This document shows positions 22,201-29,707 of a DNA stretch of 35,726 nucleotides, piece by piece. Made by a program: the position numbers and the translations under genes. A model generated the notes under the pieces. It saw only the letters and a list, made by a program, of their open reading frames with translations, did no database searches and had not been told where the DNA came from. The DNA comes from Tolypothrix carrinoi HA7290-LM1. GTDB lineage: Bacteria > Cyanobacteriota > Cyanobacteriia > Cyanobacteriales > Nostocaceae. Where the stretch lies: contig JAHHIK010000088.1 of the NCBI GenBank assembly GCA_019358935.1, positions 1-35,726 of the forward strand. The letters are read 5' to 3'. The first letter of the stretch is position 1; each line of letters opens with the position of its first letter.

Positions 22201-22591
22201 TAATAATTAGTTTCTTTGTTTTTAGCTGATGACTTAACCGTTGCAACCCCGCTTCATCTAGATTCGTAGGGGCACCAATAGTTAACTGCTTGCGAAATTC
22301 GGCTGCCATCCGTTTTTTGAAGCGCACGATCGCACTGTTGTCAATACGCCCGTCACCAGTGCCAAGGGTGAATGCTGCATGAACTTCATCACTGGGTAAG
22401 CTTTGCATTCCAATCAGCAGACGGCAACAAGCCTTTTCACTGCCAAGATATTGTTCAATTAAATCATCTATTTTCCGCCAACCTCTGAGATTGAAGTAGC
22501 CAACGCAAAAATCTGACCTGTAAGAGACTTTGAGAGTCTCTCGTAAAATCGGTAGCAGTTGCAAATCTATGTTGTCAAAGATGCGTGGCAT
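19202..22591 (-). CDS. PLD (HKD)-nuclease domain fused to an SNF2-family helicase/ATPase
   Basis: N-terminal LHAKLYL...GSSNLT...ELN. SF2 motifs GDVVGLGKT, DESH, LSATP, LIFTQF, DVLSEGHNLQ, QRAGRVDRIG. Confidence 0.92.
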   Translation of the reverse strand: MPRIFDNIDLQLLPILRETLKVSYRSDFCVGYFNLRGWRKIDDLIEQYLGSEKACCRLLIGMQSLPSDEVHAAFTLGTGDGRIDNSAIVRFKKRMAAEFRKQLTIGAPTNLDEAGLQRLSHQLKTKKLIIKLFLRHSLHAKLYLVHRNDPNTPTVGFLGSSNLTLPGLAKQGELNVDILDHDACNKLQKWFDDRWKDYGCVDISQELADIIDESWARKELIPPYHIYLKIVYHLSHEAIAGLSEFRIPREFNNLFDFQKAAVQLAARHVTKRGGVLVGDVVGLGKTLIGTALAKILQEDCLLETLIICPKNLVQMWQQYVDNYKLYAKILPISKVQSKLPELRRYRVVLIDESHNLRNREGKRYRAIAEYVKNNESKCILLSATPYNKTYLDLSSQLRLFVPEDEDLGFRPEALINELGGSSVGELEFIRRHQCSVRSLAAFEKSEHPDDWRELMKRYMVRRTRSFIKENYAQTDETGRKYLEFSDGRRSYFPDRIPRTVKFTLEGSETDLYSRLYSESIVEIINQLNLPRYGLGNYVFTKQKQPPTDNEQRQLNALFRGGRRLMGFSRTNLFKRLESSGFAFIQSIERHILRNFIYLYALDQELDIPIGTQDAELLDTSNNDEDADSVAAMFDTETEDDVDDSSLQELGETEITEKSFRQKAESIYTEYATRYKRRFKWLRSSLFDIKKLKRDLLTDAKALINMLQHCGEWNSKEDEKFAALVELLTKTHPNDKVLIFTQFADTVRYLADNLQARKLTSVAGVTGQSKDPTELAVRFSPISNGKGEKLTNNHELRILIATDVLSEGHNLQDCAIIVNWDLPWAIIRLIQRAGRVDRIGQNAEKILCYSFLPAAGVERIINLRLRLRQRLQENAEVVGTDEAFFEDDSTQVILDIYNEKSGILDGEEDTEVDLTSEAFQIWKKATDDNQALKKMIEDMPNVVYSTRAHTPEIQPEGVLLYMKTTEGNDSLIYVDREGNNVTQSQLAVLKMAACEENTPAIPRDEQHHELVKKGAELIAEEEKNMGGQLGRPSGARFRTYERLKSYVQEMKETLFITEELLKAIDDIYRYPLRQSAIDTLNRQLRSGINNQQLAELIVALRMDDRLCIVSEEVEKREPSIICSLGLFPEK

Positions 22592-22680
22592 AATTTCATA
22601 TGTAGTTTCATCTGATGATAAATCGTGGGTTAGGCGATCGCCTCTATAAAAAACTTAACGGTTAGGGCGATCGCAACTCA

Positions 22681-22795
22681 TATAGCAATTTTATTTGAGT
22701 TGTGAGAATTATTTTTTAAACGAACCGCCAAAGCGCCAAGAGCGCCAAGATAAGAAAGAAAGAGAAAATCTCACGAATCATTTAGGATTGCTATA
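22681..22795. mobile_element. MITE-like element with TATAGCAAT termini
   Basis: 27-bp imperfect TIRs (21/27): tatagcaattttatttgagttgtgaga / tatagcaatcctaaatgattcgtgaga. TA at both ends; internal cgccaa(a/g) tandem at 22720-22749. Confidence 0.78.
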
Positions 22796-22800
22796 TCTTA

Positions 22801-23454
22801 TTACTGTTGCATCTGCTGTCGTACCCAAAGACGAAAAGCCTTGAGTGTTGCATTTCTACCAGCTGTTGTACTTTGCTCAAGATATTGAGGAATCACCTCT
22901 GTTAACGCAAATTTCGGAAAATTTAAGCTTGACTGAGATTCTACATAACTTCCATTTTGCAGGATATTAATTCGTAACTTACCTTTTTCAAAACGCCAAA
23001 GTTCCGGAACTTTTAATGCTTGATAAATATTAGGATGAGTGCGTGAAGTTATATCAACTTCTAATGCTAAATCTGGAGGAGGGTCTACTGTTAAATCTAG
23101 TCGCTTCTTTCCGCGAATCTTGGATTCGTTTTTTATAGAAAAACACTGGTCTGGTTCTATACCTTGAGCCATTGCTTGATTTTTGAAAGTGGTAGAACCA
23201 AGACATCTAAACTCAATATCCAGTTCTTCCAGAAGCGCTTTAACTAAATCGCTAATAATTTCTTTATCGTCTTCATGTTCTGGCAATGGTGCCATAATTT
23301 CTAGTATTCCCCTGTCGTATGCAATTCTGGCTGCACGGTGTTCTCCTAAATCTTCGAGAATTGTTTTGAATTCTTGCCAGGTTACATCTTTGAGCAGCAC
23401 TCTTTGTCCCGGTGGAACTTGGATGCGCTTTAATTCCAACAACATCTTCTCCAC
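22801..23454 (-). CDS. Uma2 (DUF820) family endonuclease
   Basis: VTWQEF, LEIMAPLPEHE, GSTTF, IEPDQCF, PPPDLALEVD, VPELWRF. Start is GTG 23454 or ATG 23445. Confidence 0.92.
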   Translation of the reverse strand: MEKMLLELKRIQVPPGQRVLLKDVTWQEFKTILEDLGEHRAARIAYDRGILEIMAPLPEHEDDKEIISDLVKALLEELDIEFRCLGSTTFKNQAMAQGIEPDQCFSIKNESKIRGKKRLDLTVDPPPDLALEVDITSRTHPNIYQALKVPELWRFEKGKLRINILQNGSYVESQSSLNFPKFALTEVIPQYLEQSTTAGRNATLKAFRLWVRQQMQQ

Positions 23455-23492
23455 TCCCAGTAGTTCATATCTAAGTTTAGGTTATTTCAGTT

Positions 23493-23641
23493 AAGCGCAT
23501 TAATCTGTCTGCGACGGGGATTATTTGCGATCGCAAGATTGCGGGCGCTCAGTGCGATCGCGCAGTAGCGAAGGAAGGAGAAGCACGTAGTACAAAACAC
23601 CTACCACCTCCTTGCAAGCAAAGAGGGGGAGACTCAAAAGT
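23493..23641 (+). pseudogene. Decayed duplicate of the metH 3' end and its downstream hairpin
   Basis: attaatctgt (23499 = 14341); 23507-23534 vs 14385-14412 (23/28); shared gtagcgaag; agcacgtagtac vs agcgcgtagtac; 23600-23641 vs 14450-14491 (34/42). Confidence 0.8.
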
Positions 23642-23777
23642 AGAGTAAGCATTACCACCTTCACTAATTGCCTGTTATTGCGTAGGAATTTTAGGGAATT
23701 CTACAACTAAGTCCTCTCTAGATTTTTCAATTCATAAGGACTGTGTTGTTTAGCAAAGTAAAACTTGATAGTGCGTT

Positions 23778-25403
23778 ATGGCAAAGATGTTCCCTGAAAA
23801 CCTGCGTTCTGATGTCAAAAGCAATGCAGAAAAATTTTTATACAAAGCATTTCAAAAACAGTTATCGGATAGTTTCACAGTCTTTCATCAGGTTCGCTGG
23901 CAAGTACGTAATATAAGTAACGGTGCTAGAGATGGTGAAGCTGACTTTGTTATCGCTTGTCCCAATCTAGGTATTTTAGTACTAGAAGTCAAAGGTGGCA
24001 AAATTAGCTATAACAGCAGAACAAACGAATGGCACAGCAATGAAAATTCGATCAAAGACCCTTTCAAACAAGCGTGTGACAGCAAATACAGTCTAATTAG
24101 TCGTTTGAAGGAACTGTCTTACTGGCGTTACCGTTGGATTCCAATAGGACACGCTGTAGCTTTCCCCGATGTTGAAGTCAAAGGTATGTTACCTTTAGAT
24201 GCTCCACGCCAAATCATACTGGATTGTACAAAGTTAAACGATTTATCAGTATGGGTGCAGACTGTCTTAAACTACTGGCGCGGTGAAAATCCACCTCAAA
24301 ATCAATCTAGAAGCAATTTTGATGCAAGTAGCATTAAAGAACTTATCAAAGTAATTGCACCAATTCTGCCAGTATTACCACCACGCCACGATGATGATAT
24401 TTTCAAAACTTTAACTGACCAACAAAACGGCGTATTAGATTTTCTCGCAAATCATCGGCGTGTAGCTATTAGTGGTTGTGCTGGTTCAGGCAAAACTTTA
24501 TTGGCACTTGAAAAAGCTCGTCGCCTAAACGAGCAGGGATTTAGCGTCTTACTAACCTGTTTTAATAAAAGCTTGGCTCAATTCATGCGTCAGAGTCTTG
24601 GTTGGAAATCAAATCTGCATATTTACACCTTTCATGCATTATGTCAAAAATTATTTAACCAAGCTGCTCTTGCACCAAATGAAGACCAAATCTCGAAAGA
24701 CAAACTCTTCAACGAAATTTATCCTAACTTGTTGATAGATGCTGCCGATAGGTTGAGATGGCGCGTTGATGCAATAATTGTCGATGAAGGACAAGACTTT
24801 CACGAAGATTGGTGGTTGGCGCTCAAGTTCTTACTCCACGATCCAGATAATGGCATCTGCTACTTATTTCACGATGATAATCAAAATATCTTCGGTAGTG
24901 GCTGGAAGCCTCCTCTAGAAGAAGCTCCTTTTGCTTTAAATAAAAATTGTCGTAATACTCAAAAAATACACGAGTATGTTTTAAAATTTCACCCAGAATC
25001 GAATTCAACGTCATCTTTATGCCCATTAGGACAGGATGTAGAAATTCATAGTTATACAAACGATACTCAATTAAAAAATACACTTGGTCGTCTTCTTCAT
25101 CGTCTAGTTATTAATGAGGCTTTTACCAGTAAAGACATCGTGATTCTGACAACCACACGAAGACAATCACTTCAAAATCAGGTTGTAGGACAGTTTCGCA
25201 TTAAAGCAACTCCTGATATCAATCATCATGAAATTTTGTGCAACACAATTTATCAGTTCAAAGGGCTTGAGAGTAAAGTTGTTATTTTAATTGAAACTGA
25301 ATCTAATTCTCCAAATCACAAGCAATTACTATATGTTGGTGCTTCTCGCGCTCGTCATCACTTGATTATTCTCCAAGCAAATGCTTCAGTGAACAGGCGT
25401 TAG
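23778..25403 (+). CDS. NERD nuclease fused to an SF1 (UvrD-like/DUF2075) helicase
   Basis: DGEADFVI..GILVLEVKGG, P..QA, Walker A GCAGSGKT, VDEGQD, NCRNT, FKGLE, LYVGASRA. Confidence 0.9.
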   Translation: MAKMFPENLRSDVKSNAEKFLYKAFQKQLSDSFTVFHQVRWQVRNISNGARDGEADFVIACPNLGILVLEVKGGKISYNSRTNEWHSNENSIKDPFKQACDSKYSLISRLKELSYWRYRWIPIGHAVAFPDVEVKGMLPLDAPRQIILDCTKLNDLSVWVQTVLNYWRGENPPQNQSRSNFDASSIKELIKVIAPILPVLPPRHDDDIFKTLTDQQNGVLDFLANHRRVAISGCAGSGKTLLALEKARRLNEQGFSVLLTCFNKSLAQFMRQSLGWKSNLHIYTFHALCQKLFNQAALAPNEDQISKDKLFNEIYPNLLIDAADRLRWRVDAIIVDEGQDFHEDWWLALKFLLHDPDNGICYLFHDDNQNIFGSGWKPPLEEAPFALNKNCRNTQKIHEYVLKFHPESNSTSSLCPLGQDVEIHSYTNDTQLKNTLGRLLHRLVINEAFTSKDIVILTTTRRQSLQNQVVGQFRIKATPDINHHEILCNTIYQFKGLESKVVILIETESNSPNHKQLLYVGASRARHHLIILQANASVNRR

Positions 25404-25433
25404 CTATCCTAGAAATAAACAAGGAGCAAGAAT

Positions 25434-25712
25434 ATGCAAGCTTACAAACTCAAGGGAAAAATTGACGACGCAGGTAATTTAGTAATTGCAGAACCTGTGA
25501 AAATGCCTCCTGGAGACGTGGAAGTGATTGTTTTGCAGGTAGTTGAGAGTGCGACCACAGTTTCCAAAATCGAGTCAGAACCAGAGAAACCAAAGAGAAA
25601 ATCTAAGGTAAAATCACTTAGGGAGTTACTAGAAAATGCTCCTCCCGTTCCGCCTGACTTTGACCCGGAACAGGCGAGATGGGAAGGATTGAAGGAAAAA
25701 TACGATTTGTGA
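25434..25712 (+). CDS. Putative antitoxin (small protein upstream of the PIN gene)
   Basis: MQAYKLKGKIDDAGNL..PPGDVEVIV beta-rich N-terminus; RBS aaggag; stop overlaps the PIN start (GTGA). Confidence 0.7.
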   Translation: MQAYKLKGKIDDAGNLVIAEPVKMPPGDVEVIVLQVVESATTVSKIESEPEKPKRKSKVKSLRELLENAPPVPPDFDPEQARWEGLKEKYDL

Positions 25713-26125
25713 TAGTACTTCTAGATACCAACGTTATCGTAGACGTAGCCCTTGAACGTCAGCCTCATTTTGAGGCAAGTCAACAAATATTATTACTGGT
25801 TGAGCAAGGTCAAATTGAAGGTTATATCTCAGCCTCAACCTTCAGTGACCTTTATTACATTATCCGCAAATCACGAGGTCGAGAATGGACAACAGATTTT
25901 TTGAATTGGTTGGTCACATATTGTCAAATTGCTATTGTCAATGAAGCAGTAATTAGAATGGCATTAACTGCCAACTTTAGAGATTTTGAAGATGCAATTC
26001 AATATAGCACTGCTGTAGTTAATCAATTAGATGCAATTGTTACCCGCAATCCTCAAGATTTTCCGGTTACAACTCCGCGAATTCTCACACTTGAACAGTT
26101 GATTCAATTAACAAATTCTTCCTAG
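25709..26125 (+). CDS. PIN-domain (VapC-like) toxin
   Basis: LLDTNVIVD, DFEDAIQ, IVTRNPQDF; GTG at 25709 coupled to the upstream stop. Confidence 0.9.
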   Translation: MIVLLDTNVIVDVALERQPHFEASQQILLLVEQGQIEGYISASTFSDLYYIIRKSRGREWTTDFLNWLVTYCQIAIVNEAVIRMALTANFRDFEDAIQYSTAVVNQLDAIVTRNPQDFPVTTPRILTLEQLIQLTNSS

Positions 26126-26149
26126 AGACATCTCTACTTTCTGGTTACT

Positions 26150-26226
26150 GGGCTGCTGCCTTATAACGCGATTAGTGGAGGCAGCAGCCCTCCCGGATAT
26201 ACGTTCCCACGCAGAGCATGGGAACG
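26150..26226. repeat. Two hairpins between the convergent PIN and carotenoid oxygenase genes
   Basis: gggctgctgcct (26150-26161)/aggcagcagccc (26179-26190); cgttccca (26202-26209)/tgggaacg (26219-26226). Confidence 0.7.
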
Positions 26227-26252
26227 AGATTGCAGGAAATTGTGGTGTTTAT

Positions 26253-27632
26253 TTACACAGAAACGCTCAACTGTTCTTCACTCACCCATGCACCGTGAAA
26301 GCCGTGGGGTACACGTTGCGGAATTAACACTCGCGCTACAGGTTCGGCATTTACATCTTGGGCATTGACTACCACGAGTTCTGATGTATCTTCAGTTGTA
26401 TCGTGAACAAAAGTTATCAGCCAGCCTTCATCTTCTGATGTCGGATTAGGGGAGGGTGCAAACACCGCTTCACCACCGTAGCGTCCTTTTCCAAATTCGT
26501 GAGTTTGAGACTTACCATTGCTGAAGTCGTATTTAATCAAACCCTCGCCGATTTTGCTAGCGTAGCCGTATCGGGTTTGTCTTCCTAAGAAATTTTCATT
26601 AACGCGAGGAAATTCTGTAGGTACATCGTCTAACATTTCCTCGCACACCGCACCTGTAACGAGGTTAAATCGCCATTGATGCAAGCGGGTAATATTGGCT
26701 TGAGGATCGGCGTGTGTGTCTTGTGGTGAAGCAAAGATAGTAGTAGAATTCATCCGACAGGCGATAAGCACTACTTCGTCGCCTTCTTCGTAAGCGTTGA
26801 GGGTGTGAAAGACGTAGCAAGCGGGACTTTCAAACCAGCGGATGTTGCTGTTGTCGCCGTGACGGGGGACAATACCAAAACGACTGGGGCGATCGCGCTC
26901 AAACATCATCGCCGGTTCTCCCCTCTGTGCCCGTTGTGGGCTAAATGTCAAGGGCAAATCCATAAAAATTGTATAATTTTCGGTGATGGCGAAATCATGC
27001 ATCATCACTCCCATCGGTAAATCAATTGGTACTGTCCGCAATAATTCACCCGACGCAGAAACTACACTATATTGCAGATATGGTGGCGCGAACGAGTAGC
27101 CAAAAAACATCATCTCACCCGTAACCGGGTCTACTTTCGGATGTGCCGTAAAAGCAGATTTGAGCTTACCATTATAAGTATATTCACCAATTGTATCTAA
27201 ATCAGGAACTTTGATGACGTGAGGCGCACCACCTTCCCATAGCGCTAATAATTGTCCTGCGTGCCAAGTTAGGGCAGTATTAGCAGTATTCTTGTAGAAA
27301 CCGTCGGGGTTATCTTTCTGTGACGGTTCTAATATCCCACTCCATAAAGCTTTACCGGCTTCATGTTCTATTTTCCATCCTTTTGTTTGCACGTAGCGGT
27401 TGCGATAAGTAGCTTTACCGTTGCTAATTCGCACACCATGCAACATTCCATCCCCATCAAACCAGTGATACTGTCCGATCGGTGTCCATTGCGGGTTGGG
27501 ACCATTTCGCACGAACATCCCTGATAAGTCGGGAGGTAGTTCACCGATGACTTTTAAAGTATCGGTGGTGATTTCTTTGTGTATCGGTGCAAAGTTTCCA
27601 TCAAGATAGGGATTGACTGCTGTTGTAACCAT
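26253..27632 (-). CDS. Carotenoid cleavage oxygenase (RPE65/CCD family)
   Basis: RNGPNP, HWFDGDGM; four Fe-binding His (TAHPK, MHDF, FHTLNAYE, GFHG); EFPRVNE, GGEAVF. Confidence 0.95.
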   Translation of the reverse strand: MVTTAVNPYLDGNFAPIHKEITTDTLKVIGELPPDLSGMFVRNGPNPQWTPIGQYHWFDGDGMLHGVRISNGKATYRNRYVQTKGWKIEHEAGKALWSGILEPSQKDNPDGFYKNTANTALTWHAGQLLALWEGGAPHVIKVPDLDTIGEYTYNGKLKSAFTAHPKVDPVTGEMMFFGYSFAPPYLQYSVVSASGELLRTVPIDLPMGVMMHDFAITENYTIFMDLPLTFSPQRAQRGEPAMMFERDRPSRFGIVPRHGDNSNIRWFESPACYVFHTLNAYEEGDEVVLIACRMNSTTIFASPQDTHADPQANITRLHQWRFNLVTGAVCEEMLDDVPTEFPRVNENFLGRQTRYGYASKIGEGLIKYDFSNGKSQTHEFGKGRYGGEAVFAPSPNPTSEDEGWLITFVHDTTEDTSELVVVNAQDVNAEPVARVLIPQRVPHGFHGAWVSEEQLSVSV

Positions 27633-27754
27633 TTGTGAGGATAAGTGAATCTATTACTAGCACTTTTTTCAATATATTAGCGATCGCTTGTATTCTGGTT
27701 CTGGCTACATTTATGGATATCCGCCCTGCATAACAATCTCAAATCTAAAATCCC

Positions 27755-28393
27755 ATGACTTTAACTCTTTATTTCCTCCGTCACGGACAAACTGAATGGA
27801 GTCGCAATAATGCTTTTTGCGGTTCGCTAGATCCAGAACTGACACCAGATGGTATGGAAATGGCAAAGGCTTTTGCTAATGCATACAGTTCTACTCCTTG
27901 GACGGCGATTTTTTGCAGTCCGATGCATCGAACTTTGGCAACTGCAAGACCTTTGTGTGAAGCTATTGAAATGCAACCACAACTGCGGGATGGTTTAAAG
28001 GAAATTCACTACGGTAAGTGGGAAGGAAATACACCCGAAGCGGTAAGTAAAGAATTTCACGATGATTATATCCGCTGGTTAGCAGATCCGGCGTGGTATG
28101 CGCCGACTGGGGGAGAAATGGCAGTTGCGATCGCTTCTCGATCTACTCAGGTTATTGAAGAAATTAAGCAGCTTTATCGCGATGGTAATGTGTTAATTGT
28201 TTCTCATAAGGCTACTATCAGAATTATGCTGTGCAGTCTGTTGGGAATTGATGTGGGACGCTTTCGTTTTCGTTTGGGATGTCCGGTTGGGTCGGTCAGT
28301 GTTGTAGAATTTGGTTCGCACGGTCCTTTGTTGAGGGTTTTGGCTGACCGCAGTCATCAATCGGAGCGGTTGCGGAATTTACCGGGGACTTAA
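27755..28393 (+). CDS. Histidine phosphatase (phosphoglycerate mutase-like) family protein
   Basis: LRHGQTEW, SPMHRT, LKEIHYGKWEG, GGE, VSH. Confidence 0.93.
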   Translation: MTLTLYFLRHGQTEWSRNNAFCGSLDPELTPDGMEMAKAFANAYSSTPWTAIFCSPMHRTLATARPLCEAIEMQPQLRDGLKEIHYGKWEGNTPEAVSKEFHDDYIRWLADPAWYAPTGGEMAVAIASRSTQVIEEIKQLYRDGNVLIVSHKATIRIMLCSLLGIDVGRFRFRLGCPVGSVSVVEFGSHGPLLRVLADRSHQSERLRNLPGT

Positions 28394-28401
28394 GAGGATA
28401 A

Positions 28402-28429
28402 TCTCACGCAAAGGCGCAAAGGCGCAAAG
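28402..28429 (+). repeat. tctcacgcaaaggcgcaaag-type short dispersed repeat
   Basis: Near-identical to 14534-14561. Confidence 0.7.
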
Positions 28430-28441
28430 AGTGTATTTAGG

Positions 28442-29566
28442 ATGATTCCAGAGATTGTGACGATTAAGTTGCGTCAAATGGCTAGTGGTGATGTTTTATC
28501 GCTACAAGTTTACAAGTTTATTGGCGGTAATGCTGGTAAGAAGGTTTACATTCAATCTAATCTGCATGGTGCGGAAATTGCTGGTAATGCTGTTATTCAC
28601 CAGTTGATTTCGTTTTTACAGACGATAAATGATACGGATTTGGCTGGGGAAGTTTGGCTGGTTCCGGTTTGTAATCCGATGGGAACTAATCAGCGATCGC
28701 ATGTTTTTTCTTCTGGTAGATATTGTGTTTATGAAGCGAAGGATTGGAATCGCATTTTTTGGGATTATGAAAAGGAAGCTGATGATTTACTAACTTTTGC
28801 TAAATCTCAACTTAATCTTGATATTGAGGTTGTCAGACAGAATTATCTCAGCAGAATCAAACAGAAGTTTGGAGAACTTTTAGATAAAATTAATTCTCCT
28901 AGTAGTGTACCTTATACTGAGCGGTTTCGCTATAAATTGCAATCTCTTAGTTTGGATGCAGATTATTTGATTGATTTACACAGTGCTTCAAATCAAGGCA
29001 TAAATTATCTTTATTATTTCCGAAATCGAGAAGAAAGTGCTAAATACTTTTTACTGAAAGACGGATTTTTACTTGATAAATATGATGGTGATGCTTTTGA
29101 TGAAGCTTTTATCAAACCTTGGTTAGCGCTGGAAGATTGTTTTCAACAGCTTGGTAGAGAAGTTAAGTTTGATGTGGAAGCTTGGACGCTTGAACTGGGT
29201 ACGGGAATGCAAATGATTCCTGATTCAGTTGCTAAAGGTGTGCGGGGTGTGAAAAATTATTTAATTAAAAAAGGTGTTTTGCTTAACTTAACTGTGGAGG
29301 AAGGCATTTCTCAAGAAATGTGTTTTCGAGCTAGAAGTAATGTGATAAAGTATTATGCTTCCGCAGGGGGAATGATTCAATCAAGGGTAGAATTGGGTAG
29401 TGAAGTCAAAGCTGGAGAACGACTTTATCAAATTCTTAGTTTTAATAAAGAGGCTAAGTTACCTGTTGTCGTTGATGTCTGCTGCGAACAAGATGGATTG
29501 GTTTATGATACTTCTAGCAATCAAGCTGTGAATGAAGGTGAGTTTGTGATGGGAGTTATCAGTTAA
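28442..29566 (+). CDS. Succinylglutamate desuccinylase/aspartoacylase (M14-like) family protein
   Basis: LHGAEIAG, PVCNPMG, DWNR, IDLHS, TLELG. Confidence 0.9.
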   Translation: MIPEIVTIKLRQMASGDVLSLQVYKFIGGNAGKKVYIQSNLHGAEIAGNAVIHQLISFLQTINDTDLAGEVWLVPVCNPMGTNQRSHVFSSGRYCVYEAKDWNRIFWDYEKEADDLLTFAKSQLNLDIEVVRQNYLSRIKQKFGELLDKINSPSSVPYTERFRYKLQSLSLDADYLIDLHSASNQGINYLYYFRNREESAKYFLLKDGFLLDKYDGDAFDEAFIKPWLALEDCFQQLGREVKFDVEAWTLELGTGMQMIPDSVAKGVRGVKNYLIKKGVLLNLTVEEGISQEMCFRARSNVIKYYASAGGMIQSRVELGSEVKAGERLYQILSFNKEAKLPVVVDVCCEQDGLVYDTSSNQAVNEGEFVMGVIS

Positions 29567-29687
29567 ATGGGGAATGGGGAATGGGGAATGGGTAATGGGT
29601 AGGAGTAGACGTAGGGTGTGTTATAGCCGAGAGTACGGCACCCTAAATTATTAATGGTGCGTTAGCCTTCGGCATAACACACCCTAC
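29567..29687. repeat. TGGGGAA STRR array followed by a paired GTAGGGTG REP-like element between convergent genes
   Basis: Heptamers at 29567-29600; gtagggtgtgttat (29611) ... ataacacaccctac (29687). Confidence 0.8.
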
Positions 29688-29707
29688 TGGCTGAAGACAA
29701 AATTAAT

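Noticed and set aside
14673..25403. Complete DISARM or BREX system
   Set aside because: No DrmA/DrmB (DUF1998), PglZ or BrxC-like genes are in the window.
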